A model generated the notes under the pieces. It was not told the DNA's origin, did not search any database, and saw only the letters and a list, made by a program, of their open reading frames with translations. From Syntrophobacterales bacterium (GTDB lineage: Bacteria; Desulfobacterota; Desulfobaccia; Desulfobaccales; 0-14-0-80-60-11), in NCBI GenBank assembly GCA_037388025.1, contig JARRKO010000011.1, positions 861 through 64,860 of the forward strand: a stretch of 64,000 bases of DNA. Reading direction: 5' to 3'. Below, piece by piece: positions 52,469-61,123 of the stretch (its first letter is position 1; every line of letters starts with the position of its first letter). The position numbers and the translations under genes were made by a program.

Positions 52469-55400
52469 ACTGTTCTCTGTGGGCGGCGCCGGGGTCGAAT
52501 TCCTGACTTTCCGCGAGCCATTCCCGGGCCCTTTCCGGATCTCCATAGCGGGCGAAAATCTCCCCTAACTGCTGCGCCGCCTGGGCCTGGGCCCGGGGCC
52601 AATTCTGCCAGGGCAGGTCCGGAAAGAGGTCCTTGAGCGGGTGGCGGGTGAGAAGGCGCTGCACCACCTTGGCGTCGAAGGATAGGTCCCGCTGGACCGA
52701 CCCCGAGGACATATTGCCATCATGCCAACGCCACTGAATTGCCAGAAACGGCACGTGCTTGAAGCGGGCCAGGGGGGCCAGACGGGTCCACAGCTCGTAG
52801 TCGTGGGCCCGGATGAATTCAATATCAAAGCCGCCCACTTCTTCCAGGAGGGCTTTACGCGTGAGGCTGCCGGGCAGGGGCAGGGGATTGCCGTGGACCA
52901 GGCGGGACAGGAGGAGGGCATTTTTTCCGGCGAAGTCTTCGTAGCGGATGATGTCCTGGCGGCGGTCCCGGGCGTCCACCACCTCCAGGTTGCCGTAGTA
53001 GACGTCAGCCTCGGCCCCGGCTTGGAGAATGCTCCCCAGGCGGGCCAGCCAGCCGGGAAGCAACACGTCGTCTGAGTCCAGCCACAGCAGCCAGGGACCC
53101 CGGGCCGCGGCGATGCAGTGGTTGCGGGTGTCCGGGGCGTTGCTTTTCGGCTTGGGTACATACCGGAAGCGCGGGTCGTCGATGGCAGCCAGGATATCGG
53201 CGGTGTGGTCAGTGGAGCCGTCGTCCACCACCACCACCTCCATGTCCTGGAATTCCTGGGACAAGGCGCTGTTGACGGCCTCGACCACATAGCGAGCCCG
53301 GTTGTGGGTGGGGATGACCACGCTGATCAAGGGGCGGTCCGGTTCGGTGTCCTCCGGGGACTGGGGCGACACCTGGGCTTCGGGGGGACGCTCCCACCCG
53401 GCCAGGAGTTTAGCCGCCTGGTGGTGAGTGGGGTGAGAGGCGAGTTCAATTTTCAGGGCCTGGATGGCGTCATCCCGCCGCCCCAGCCCCGCCAGGGTCA
53501 GAGCCAGGAGATAGTGCAACCCCGGGATACCCTCAGGCATCAACTTTAAAACCCCTTCGAACTTGTACAGGACCCCGGAAAAGTCCTCCTGGGCCAGGAG
53601 CGCCGTTCCCTCCCAGGCCCAGGCCAGGGCTTGCGACTCCCGAGGTCGTTTGGCCAGGCCCGCCTGATTCAGTTCCCAGGAGGCGTGGGTGGTATAACAG
53701 AGAAAGGGTGATTCCCAGGCCAACTCCTGATTGCGCCGGGCTTCCTCTCCCCGCCAAACCGCCTCTTTACCGCCGTCGTGGTGCTGGTAGCCATGATTTT
53801 GGTGCACCGCCAGGACCACGGCAGTGGCGTCCACCACCGGCAGGCCATCGGCCAGGGGCTGGGCCGCGAGCCAGTTGTCCCAGGCGGTGCGTCCTAACGC
53901 CAGGCCGGGGATTTTCGGCCACAGGCCCTTGGTAAACGCGAAATAGTCCAGGGCGCTGACCGCGTGGAGGCTCCCTTCTTGTTCCACCTGCTGGCGCAGG
54001 GCGGCGGACCAATCCGGGTCATTGAAGTTCAGGGGTTCGGAGACGTCCAGGTCCCAGCGCTGTCCCACCATGAGGAAGCGCTTAAGCTCCCCCTGGACCG
54101 TGGTCACCGCGTCCACAAAATCCTGTCCCAAAATAATATCGGCGTTGACGTAAGCCAGGATGCCGGTGGGCGCCAGGGCCTCGGCCTGCTGGAACAGGTC
54201 CTTGACCAGGGGGGTGCCGTGGTGGCTGACGGCCACCACCGGGACATGACGCAGGTTCAGTTCCCGGGCCATTTCGGCGGTGCCGGGGTCGCTGCCGAAC
54301 AGGATGATTTCCGGGCGGGGCTGGAGCCTGGTCCAGCTTTCTAAAGCATTTCGCTGAATGAGGGCGGCATGCCCCTGGAAGGCCTTGGGAAGGGCGAAAA
54401 TGGTGAGGGCGGGTTTTTTTAGGACAACTTCCGGCTCCTTGGAGGAGATTTCCGTGTCCCTGAGCCATGGCTGAATATCCCGCCGGAGATTGAGGGCCTG
54501 GGCTCGGACGAAGTCTCCGGCCAGTTCCCGGTCCAGGCGGCGGTCCGCTTCTTCCAGGTGGCCCAGGCGGGCCAAACAAACGGCTTGGGCGTAAGCGGCG
54601 CCGACGAGAGCCGGACTGAGTTTTTCGGCTTCTTCAAGATGGCCCAAGGCCTCCTGAATTTGGCCCAGCGCGAACAGTTCCGCACCCTGCGCATATTGTG
54701 AGAGGGCGGCCAGGGTGTCTGGCTCCAGGTTTAAGCCGCGGGCCCCGGCCAGGGCGAAGTTTGCCAAGGGATGGTAAAAGTAGGTGCCGATAGCGGTGGG
54801 GCTGGGGTCAGGTTCGTGCATGGAAACTGCAGCCTGGTCCGGAGGCCAGAAAAAAGAAACCAGCTTGGCATCCGGCTGGAATCTGAGCTGCAGGCGTTGC
54901 TGGTTGACCCAGGTCAGCAAGGGAATGGCTTCGGCAAAACCGAAAAAGGCTCCCCCCTGCCAATAAGAAGCGTAATGACCCGCCAGGCACTGTAACGGGT
55001 CGATTACCGGAAGCACCCGGGTCTGGAAAAAAGCCTTTAAGGTTTCCGGGTTCAAAGGAGCTGGGCTATGCCACAGATCGTCCACCACCACCAGGCTCCC
55101 GGGAGGGAGCGCGGGTAGAGCCTGGCTGAGGATGTAAGCCATGATGGGGACCTGGGGCTGGTCATGGGCGTCCACGTAGAGGAGCACCCGATCGCCGGGA
55201 CCCCAAAGCCGGGAAAAGTCGATTTGCAGAATATCCTGTTCCAGCAAGGTCACCCGGGAGAGGTCCAGCGGCGCCACCTCCAGGCTGCGCCGCAGCGGGG
55301 CCATGGAAAGGTCAATGGCTGTGATCTGGGCGGAGGGGCGGGCCGCCAGCCAGGCCCTGAGAGACAGGCCCTGGCAGGTCCCTAACTCCACGATGCGGGT

Positions 55401-56369
55401 GGGTTGGCATTCCTCGGCCAGTTTTACCAGAGCGGCCAGGGAAGTCGGGGTCTGGTCCCGCAAATAGAGGCGGCGGTTCGCCCGGGCCAGGTCGGCCAAA
55501 ATTCGGGTCAGGTCCACGGGGAGGGGCTGGTGGGCCGCTGGCTCCGAGGGCTTTTTCCTGGTGAGACCGAAGGGGCGCAAGCCGGCGGCGCCCTCGGGCA
55601 GCACCTGGGGGAAAGGCCAGACGTGATACTCTTGAATATCGTCGGCGAACTCGGCCAGGAAGCGCTGAAAGGAAGCGATGGTCTCACCGGCCCAGGGAAA
55701 GATTTCCCGGTAAGATTCGTCATGCAGATCGTCGCACAACAGCAGGCCACCGGGACGCAAAAACCGCCAGAAGGTCTTCATGTCTTGATACAAACCGTCT
55801 TCGGTATGCTTGCCGTCCACAAACAGGATATCGAAGCTTTGGGGTTCCAAGAGCCGGCGCAGTTCGGGCAGGGTGCTCCAATGGGGGGCCTGGCAGGCGA
55901 TATTGTCATTATCGGATTTGCCCTGAGGTTGGGTGTTGGCCTGGAAAAACCTGACCCGCTCCAGGGGGATGCCTCTCTTCCGGCACCAGGTGTGAATTTT
56001 GTGGGCCGCGAAGTCCAGGTTGCTTTCCCCAAACTGGTACTGGCCCCCGAAAATTCCCAGGTCCAGGCTGACGAACCGCTCGACCTCTTCGCAGGCGCTC
56101 AGAAGAGCGGCGGCGCTCAGGCCAAAGCCGGTGCCGATTTCCAGAACGCGGCGGGGACGGCTGGCCCGGGCCAAGGCCGAGAGGCAGGCGTAATAGGAGG
56201 TGAGGGGGGAGGTGGCGTGATGTTTCCAGGGATGGCCCTCCAGGAGTTCGAAGTCAGCCATGATCTCCCGGGTGGAAAGAGGCATATTTTGTTCTAACCT
56301 GTGGCAAAGAGAGGACAGAGACTCTTTTTCCGAGCCTGGAGCTTGAGCTTCCTTAGGGAAATTTTTCAT
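52452..56369 (-). CDS. 1305-aa multidomain protein: two class I SAM methyltransferase domains, TPR, GT-A-like domain, TPR, GT2
   Basis: VLEIGTGFGLS..FVDGKH..GGLLLCDD; IVELGTCQGLS..YVDAH..GSLVVVDD; YVNADII..GQRWD..WDNW; ISVVIPTHNR..VVDDGSTD..WLDSDD; ATG at 56369. Confidence 0.85.
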   Translation of the reverse strand: MKNFPKEAQAPGSEKESLSSLCHRLEQNMPLSTREIMADFELLEGHPWKHHATSPLTSYYACLSALARASRPRRVLEIGTGFGLSAAALLSACEEVERFVSLDLGIFGGQYQFGESNLDFAAHKIHTWCRKRGIPLERVRFFQANTQPQGKSDNDNIACQAPHWSTLPELRRLLEPQSFDILFVDGKHTEDGLYQDMKTFWRFLRPGGLLLCDDLHDESYREIFPWAGETIASFQRFLAEFADDIQEYHVWPFPQVLPEGAAGLRPFGLTRKKPSEPAAHQPLPVDLTRILADLARANRRLYLRDQTPTSLAALVKLAEECQPTRIVELGTCQGLSLRAWLAARPSAQITAIDLSMAPLRRSLEVAPLDLSRVTLLEQDILQIDFSRLWGPGDRVLLYVDAHDQPQVPIMAYILSQALPALPPGSLVVVDDLWHSPAPLNPETLKAFFQTRVLPVIDPLQCLAGHYASYWQGGAFFGFAEAIPLLTWVNQQRLQLRFQPDAKLVSFFWPPDQAAVSMHEPDPSPTAIGTYFYHPLANFALAGARGLNLEPDTLAALSQYAQGAELFALGQIQEALGHLEEAEKLSPALVGAAYAQAVCLARLGHLEEADRRLDRELAGDFVRAQALNLRRDIQPWLRDTEISSKEPEVVLKKPALTIFALPKAFQGHAALIQRNALESWTRLQPRPEIILFGSDPGTAEMARELNLRHVPVVAVSHHGTPLVKDLFQQAEALAPTGILAYVNADIILGQDFVDAVTTVQGELKRFLMVGQRWDLDVSEPLNFNDPDWSAALRQQVEQEGSLHAVSALDYFAFTKGLWPKIPGLALGRTAWDNWLAAQPLADGLPVVDATAVVLAVHQNHGYQHHDGGKEAVWRGEEARRNQELAWESPFLCYTTHASWELNQAGLAKRPRESQALAWAWEGTALLAQEDFSGVLYKFEGVLKLMPEGIPGLHYLLALTLAGLGRRDDAIQALKIELASHPTHHQAAKLLAGWERPPEAQVSPQSPEDTEPDRPLISVVIPTHNRARYVVEAVNSALSQEFQDMEVVVVDDGSTDHTADILAAIDDPRFRYVPKPKSNAPDTRNHCIAAARGPWLLWLDSDDVLLPGWLARLGSILQAGAEADVYYGNLEVVDARDRRQDIIRYEDFAGKNALLLSRLVHGNPLPLPGSLTRKALLEEVGGFDIEFIRAHDYELWTRLAPLARFKHVPFLAIQWRWHDGNMSSGSVQRDLSFDAKVVQRLLTRHPLKDLFPDLPWQNWPRAQAQAAQQLGEIFARYGDPERAREWLAESQEFDPGAAHREQYAAGL

Positions 56370-56371
56370 AA

Positions 56372-56677
56372 TTAGGCCGTCCCTTGCTGTTTCAGTTTCG
56401 CGGTAACACAGAGGTGCCAGCCCCAGCGCTGCTCCAGTCGGTGGAACCAGCCGGGGATCAGACAGCGGAAGTACCAGACCTTGGTATAGCGATGCTGGAC
56501 AAAATCGGCCAACCCCGGGATATGCGGCTCTACCCGGTATTTTTTGGCCTCCACCTCCTCGAAATATGCCGGGGAGCCTACGACCAGGGAGGAATGGTGC
56601 AGATTGCAGGGCCGGGCGTCCCAAAAGGCGCCCACCCGGTCAATGCCCACCTGATTAAAGGTTGGCGGCCGGTTCAT
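56372..56677 (-). pseudogene. Class I SAM methyltransferase remnant with in-frame internal deletion
   Basis: N-terminal FWDARPCN..YFEEVE.KKYRVEPHIP joined directly to C-terminal RYTKVWYFR..LEQRWGWHLCVTA; no GxGxG motif in 101 aa. Confidence 0.65.
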
Positions 56678-58013
56678 AAATCGGGTCCTCGTAGCAGGGC
56701 GCGGCTCCGACCCCCACACACAGGTAGCGGAATTTTGGCGGAATTTTTCCCTTCAAGGTTCCCCAGCAATCCAGGAGCAGGGGCTCGGGCGCGGTCAGCT
56801 CCGCCAAGGCCGGCCAGTCCCAACGGGCATAGATGGGCCAGTTGGTCAGGAGCACGATGGCATGGGCATTTTTCAAGCAGATCTGCGGATCCGGACAATA
56901 GTGCACCAGGTCCCCCAGTATTTTTCGGGCCTGGTACAGAGCCCGGGGGTCATGGACCTGAACCGTAAACCCCGCCTGGGCCAGTTGTTGGGCTACCATA
57001 AGGGCTTGGGACTCCTCCACCACAGGGGTGTCCGGCTTATAGGCTATCCCCAGGAGGGCGACGTGGCTTTTTTCCCTGAGGTACCGGCGGAGGAGGCCTA
57101 CCAGGCGCCGGGGAATATCGTTGTTGACCTCGATGACTCGCGGGGCCAATTGGGCTTCCCAGCCGGCCTCCCGGGCGAAGGCTTGAAAGGCCAGGTTGTC
57201 CCGGGGAAAGCAGGGGCCACCGAACCCCAGGCCGCCTTTGAGGCATTTACCGCCGATGCGGGTATCCGCGCCCAAGGCCCGGGTAATCACGTTCGCCTCG
57301 GCCCCGGGAAGGAGTTCGCAGATGGCCGCCAATTCGTTGGCAAAGGTGATTTTCATGGTGACGTAGCAGTTGAGGCTCAGCTTGGTAATCTCGGCGTTGA
57401 TGAGGGACATGAGAGCAAAATGCGGCTGATTGTCGCAAGAGTAGCGGTACAGCTGCCGTACCACCTCCCCGGTGAGGGGGTCGGACGCGCCGATGAGGAC
57501 CAGGTCGGGATTGAGGAAATTGTGGATCACCGAACCCAGGGCGATGAATTCGGGATTGTAGGCCAACCCGAAGTCCTTCCCACAGATCTTGCCCGAAAGC
57601 TTCTCCAGAAGAGGTTGGAAAACCCGGAGGCAGGAGCCGGGCATGACGGTGGAGACGATATCCACCACGTGAAAGGTTTTTTTCTGGCGGAGGGCGGGGC
57701 CGATGAGCCGCAGGACCGTTTCCACGGCCTGGTTGCTGAAGCAGCCGTCGGGCTGGCTGGGAGTGGGCACAATGATCAGGGAAATGTCGGTGTCCTGCAC
57801 CAGGGTGGCCGGTTGGTTGGTAAGGCTCAGATTGGACCAGGCCTGGGCCAGGAGGTCATCAAGACCGGTTTCCTGGAGGGGATTTTCCCGGGCCTGCAGG
57901 GAGGCCATGACGGCAGGGTCGGCATCATAGCCCCAAACCTGGTGGCCTCGCGCCGCGAAGCAGGCCGCGGTGCACAACCCCAGCTTGCCCAGGCCGAAAA
58001 CGCTCACCTTCAT
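56655..58013 (-). CDS. UDP-glucose/GDP-mannose dehydrogenase family protein
   Basis: GLGKLG, VPTPS, STVMPG, YNPEF, GGPCFPRD and GIAYKPDT motifs. Confidence 0.93.
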   Translation of the reverse strand: MKVSVFGLGKLGLCTAACFAARGHQVWGYDADPAVMASLQARENPLQETGLDDLLAQAWSNLSLTNQPATLVQDTDISLIIVPTPSQPDGCFSNQAVETVLRLIGPALRQKKTFHVVDIVSTVMPGSCLRVFQPLLEKLSGKICGKDFGLAYNPEFIALGSVIHNFLNPDLVLIGASDPLTGEVVRQLYRYSCDNQPHFALMSLINAEITKLSLNCYVTMKITFANELAAICELLPGAEANVITRALGADTRIGGKCLKGGLGFGGPCFPRDNLAFQAFAREAGWEAQLAPRVIEVNNDIPRRLVGLLRRYLREKSHVALLGIAYKPDTPVVEESQALMVAQQLAQAGFTVQVHDPRALYQARKILGDLVHYCPDPQICLKNAHAIVLLTNWPIYARWDWPALAELTAPEPLLLDCWGTLKGKIPPKFRYLCVGVGAAPCYEDPIYEPAANL

Positions 58014-58028
58014 GATAACCTCGCGTGA

Positions 58029-59279
58029 TTACACGAATTTGTAGGTCATGCTGTCGTTTAAGATGACTTCCTCATAAATTTCGTTGTGGGGCTGGTAAGT
58101 GCACCGGGGGCACTCCTCGGCCACCGCGATGCGGTCGTGCACGCGCCAGTGCTTCTTGCTGCCCCAGGCCCGGTTGATGTCGCTAAGGTCGGTGGCATTG
58201 CCCACCAGTTCCAGTTTGTCATCCCCCCGCCGATCGCAGCATAAACCCAGGATAAAGGCGTCCTCGCCGTGTTCGGGGCCCTTGGGGGGCTCAACCACCC
58301 CGGTCATAAAAATGGCATGGCACTGCTGAAAATAATTGGCCCGGCTGAACTGGGAGCTAAACTTGTGGGTCACTCCGTAGACGCTGAAGGTTTCGTCGTC
58401 CAACTCCAGAACCTGGGCGATTTGCTCCTGGAAAAGCTCGATGTCCTCCAGGGTGAAGGCGATCTCCTCCGGGGTGCCGATTTTATCCCAGGGGGTGCCG
58501 GCCGGCCGGAAGTGGATATTTTTACAGCCGATTTCTTTGGCGAGTTTGGCGGCCATATACATTTCCCCGATGTTGTCCCGGTCGTAGAGTAGGTACTTGT
58601 AGCTCACTCCATAGGAAGGATGAGGGGACCCCAGCCGCTTGTGGTGATTTCTAGCGTAATCCATGAGGACGGCGATGTTGTTGGTAATGTGGCTCAGGGC
58701 GGTGCTGCCCGCGGGCAATCCCTTCAGCCGGTTGAAGGTAGCGGCGGTGGCGGCGTCCACGGACACCCCGATCCAGGTGCATTGGGAGAGGGCGTCCACC
58801 GCATCGATGAGCCGGGTGCCATTGGTCACCAGGCCCACCTGGATGCCATGGGCGGCCACCCGGTCAATGAATTCCGGGGTGTGGAAATTGAGCAGGGGCT
58901 CGCCCCCGCCGGCCACGCAGATGGCCTCTACGCCGGGGGGAAAATCCGGGCTTTCTTCCCCCCAGCGGGGCAAAAAATCCGCCAACCGGCGCAAGGCGCC
59001 CGCCGACAGGGAGCTTTGCCGGTGTTTACGGATATAGGCGGCATTACACCAGACGCAGTCGAAGTTGCAGACGTTGGTGGGGTCCACGGTGATGAGGACC
59101 GGCGGGGGCAGGGGCCGGCCCCGGCGGATGAGCCGCCAGCGGTAGACGTGGGCCAGAAGCTTGTTGCTGTTGAAAGGATTCCAGCGCTTTTGCGGCAGCC
59201 ACTCCATGATGGGAGCGCCGGGCGCCTGGGACTCGGTGGAGGGACGGATTGCTTTTCTGGCCAGGGACACTGGGCCCAT
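58029..59279 (-). CDS. Radical SAM enzyme with Cys-rich (SPASM/twitch-like) C-terminus
   Basis: CNFDCVWC, GGGEP and TNG motifs; C-terminal C..CCDRRG..CPRC; ATG at 59279 after AGGGGG. Confidence 0.9.
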   Translation of the reverse strand: MGPVSLARKAIRPSTESQAPGAPIMEWLPQKRWNPFNSNKLLAHVYRWRLIRRGRPLPPPVLITVDPTNVCNFDCVWCNAAYIRKHRQSSLSAGALRRLADFLPRWGEESPDFPPGVEAICVAGGGEPLLNFHTPEFIDRVAAHGIQVGLVTNGTRLIDAVDALSQCTWIGVSVDAATAATFNRLKGLPAGSTALSHITNNIAVLMDYARNHHKRLGSPHPSYGVSYKYLLYDRDNIGEMYMAAKLAKEIGCKNIHFRPAGTPWDKIGTPEEIAFTLEDIELFQEQIAQVLELDDETFSVYGVTHKFSSQFSRANYFQQCHAIFMTGVVEPPKGPEHGEDAFILGLCCDRRGDDKLELVGNATDLSDINRAWGSKKHWRVHDRIAVAEECPRCTYQPHNEIYEEVILNDSMTYKFV

Positions 59280-59334
59280 GTCATTACCCCCTGTGTATGT
59301 CAAAATTCCCCCTGAGGGGCCTGTACGGGAGGAA

Positions 59335-59350
59335 TGCAACAACTGGGCCA
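59335..59350 (-). promoter_or_regulatory. Sigma-54 (-24/-12) promoter upstream of the radical SAM/glycosylation operon
   Basis: Minus strand TGGCCCA-GTTG-TTGCA, matching TGGCACG-N4-TTGCW spacing, about 55 nt before the ATG. Confidence 0.7.
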
Positions 59351-59452
59351 TGCTATATCTATTGACAAATACAAGTATTTCTAAGAACCTTAGGAGTGGC
59401 CGGGCTTGAGCCTGGCAAAAAATTCCCGGCAGTTTTGCCTACATCGGCCCTC

Positions 59453-60985
59453 ATGCTGCGTCAGATTTTTCCCCGGTCTTCCCCTCGCTCTTTGCTTCCC
59501 TTGGGTCTGATCACCTTGGCGGGCCTCGGCCTGTTTTTCTTCCGGCTGGGCGCTCCCGGCCTCATGGACCCGGATGAGGGCCGCTACGCCGAAATCGCCC
59601 GGGAAATGCTTCTCCTCAAGGACTGGCTCATTCCGCACCTGAACCTGGCGCCGTATCTGGAGAAGCCCCCTCTGGTGTACTGGCTGACGTCCCTGAGCTT
59701 TGCCGCGTTCGGTTACAGCGAGTGGGCCGCCCGGCTGCCCGCGGCTCTGGCCGCCCTGGGCGGCTTGTACCTGGCCTATGGGCTGGGCCGGACCTTGTGG
59801 GGCGAGGGCCCGGGTTTATGGGGGGCCCTGGTCCTGGCTACTTGCGGGGGCTACCTCGTCCTGGCCCGGCTCCTTACCCTGGATATGGTCTTCTCTACCT
59901 TTCTCAATCTGGGGATCGCTCTGGGATATCTGGCTCTAAGCCGGGAACGGCGGCATCTATGGCCCTGGGCCTACCTGTCGCTGGCCCTGGCGGTTTTGGT
60001 GAAAGGACCGGTGGCCCTGGTCCTGGCAGGACTCATCTGGGGCCTGACAGCCTTTTTGCGGGGGCGATCAGCCCTCAAAGCGCTGATCCAACCAGGAAGC
60101 TGGGTCCTCTTGGTTGCGTTGGTCTTGCCCTGGTTTCTGTATGTCACCTGGCGCTTTCCGGAATTTCCCCGTTTCTTTTTATGGGAACATCATGTGACCC
60201 GTTATCTTTCGGGGGTGTCCTATCACGCCGAACCCTGGTGGTATTTCGGACCGGTGCTGTTGGGATTCTTGTTGCCCTGGACCGGCCTGGTGCCCTGGGC
60301 TTTAAGTCGCCGGGCTCCCCTTAATTCGGATGACCGGATCTTTTTGATTATTTGGGCCGGCGTGGTCCTGGCCTTTTTTTCCGTATCCCGGGGCAAGTTG
60401 GCCCCCTACATTCTGCCGGCGCTTTTGCCCCTGGCGCTGCTGGTGGGGGAGGCCCTGGCCGGGCTGCAGACCAAGCTGGCGGGTCTCAAGGGCGCGCCGG
60501 GCTGCCGTGTCAGTCTGGCGGTGTGGGCCGTGGCCGGTTGGCTCCTGGTGGTTTTGCTTTTTCTACCTCTCCCGGTTATAAAGCCTCTTCTCCGTCAGGC
60601 TGCGGTCCTGGAGCCTTATCTAAAAATCATCCTGATCATTTTGGCCTTAATACCCTCTCTGACGCTCTTGATCCGACGCCCGGAAGTCCTGCTGGCGGGG
60701 GCGTTGATATTTGGGGCCCTCCTGCCCCTGGGCATGGACCGCCTGGCGGCGGCGCGCTCCCCTAAGGAGTTGGGGCTGAGCCTCAGAAAACACTGGCAGC
60801 CCGGGGCCGCGCTGGTGGGGATCTACCTCTACTCCCAGGGTCTCAGCTTTTACAGCCGCCAGGTGTTTCATCTACTGGAGTTCCGCACCGAACTCGACTT
60901 CGGACAAAAGCTGGCCCCTGACAGCGGGCTTTTTTTAGCCGCAGGAATTTGGTTGGCTCCAGGCGCGTCTTCCCCGGAAATATGA
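59453..60985 (+). CDS. ArnT/PMT-like lipid-carrier glycosyltransferase (GT39/GT83-like)
   Basis: DPDEGRYAEIAREM, YLEKPPLVYW, LVKGPVAL and KLAPYILP motifs; multiple TM segments. Confidence 0.9.
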   Translation: MLRQIFPRSSPRSLLPLGLITLAGLGLFFFRLGAPGLMDPDEGRYAEIAREMLLLKDWLIPHLNLAPYLEKPPLVYWLTSLSFAAFGYSEWAARLPAALAALGGLYLAYGLGRTLWGEGPGLWGALVLATCGGYLVLARLLTLDMVFSTFLNLGIALGYLALSRERRHLWPWAYLSLALAVLVKGPVALVLAGLIWGLTAFLRGRSALKALIQPGSWVLLVALVLPWFLYVTWRFPEFPRFFLWEHHVTRYLSGVSYHAEPWWYFGPVLLGFLLPWTGLVPWALSRRAPLNSDDRIFLIIWAGVVLAFFSVSRGKLAPYILPALLPLALLVGEALAGLQTKLAGLKGAPGCRVSLAVWAVAGWLLVVLLFLPLPVIKPLLRQAAVLEPYLKIILIILALIPSLTLLIRRPEVLLAGALIFGALLPLGMDRLAAARSPKELGLSLRKHWQPGAALVGIYLYSQGLSFYSRQVFHLLEFRTELDFGQKLAPDSGLFLAAGIWLAPGASSPEI

Positions 60986-61123
60986 GATTTTAGCCCGACA
61001 GAAAGATTGTCTTTTAGTCCGTTCTCACAGAAAATAGCATATCGGAGTGAGGGCCGGGGACCTACGACCCCTGGCCCCTTCCCAAACATTTCTTGACCAC
61101 AGCATCAAGGTGGTAGCTCCACC

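Noticed and set aside
56370..56624. ORF-track N-terminal extension of the giant glycosyltransferase
   Set aside because: It overlaps the methyltransferase remnant in another frame; the ATG at 56369 just after that gene's stop is the more plausible start.
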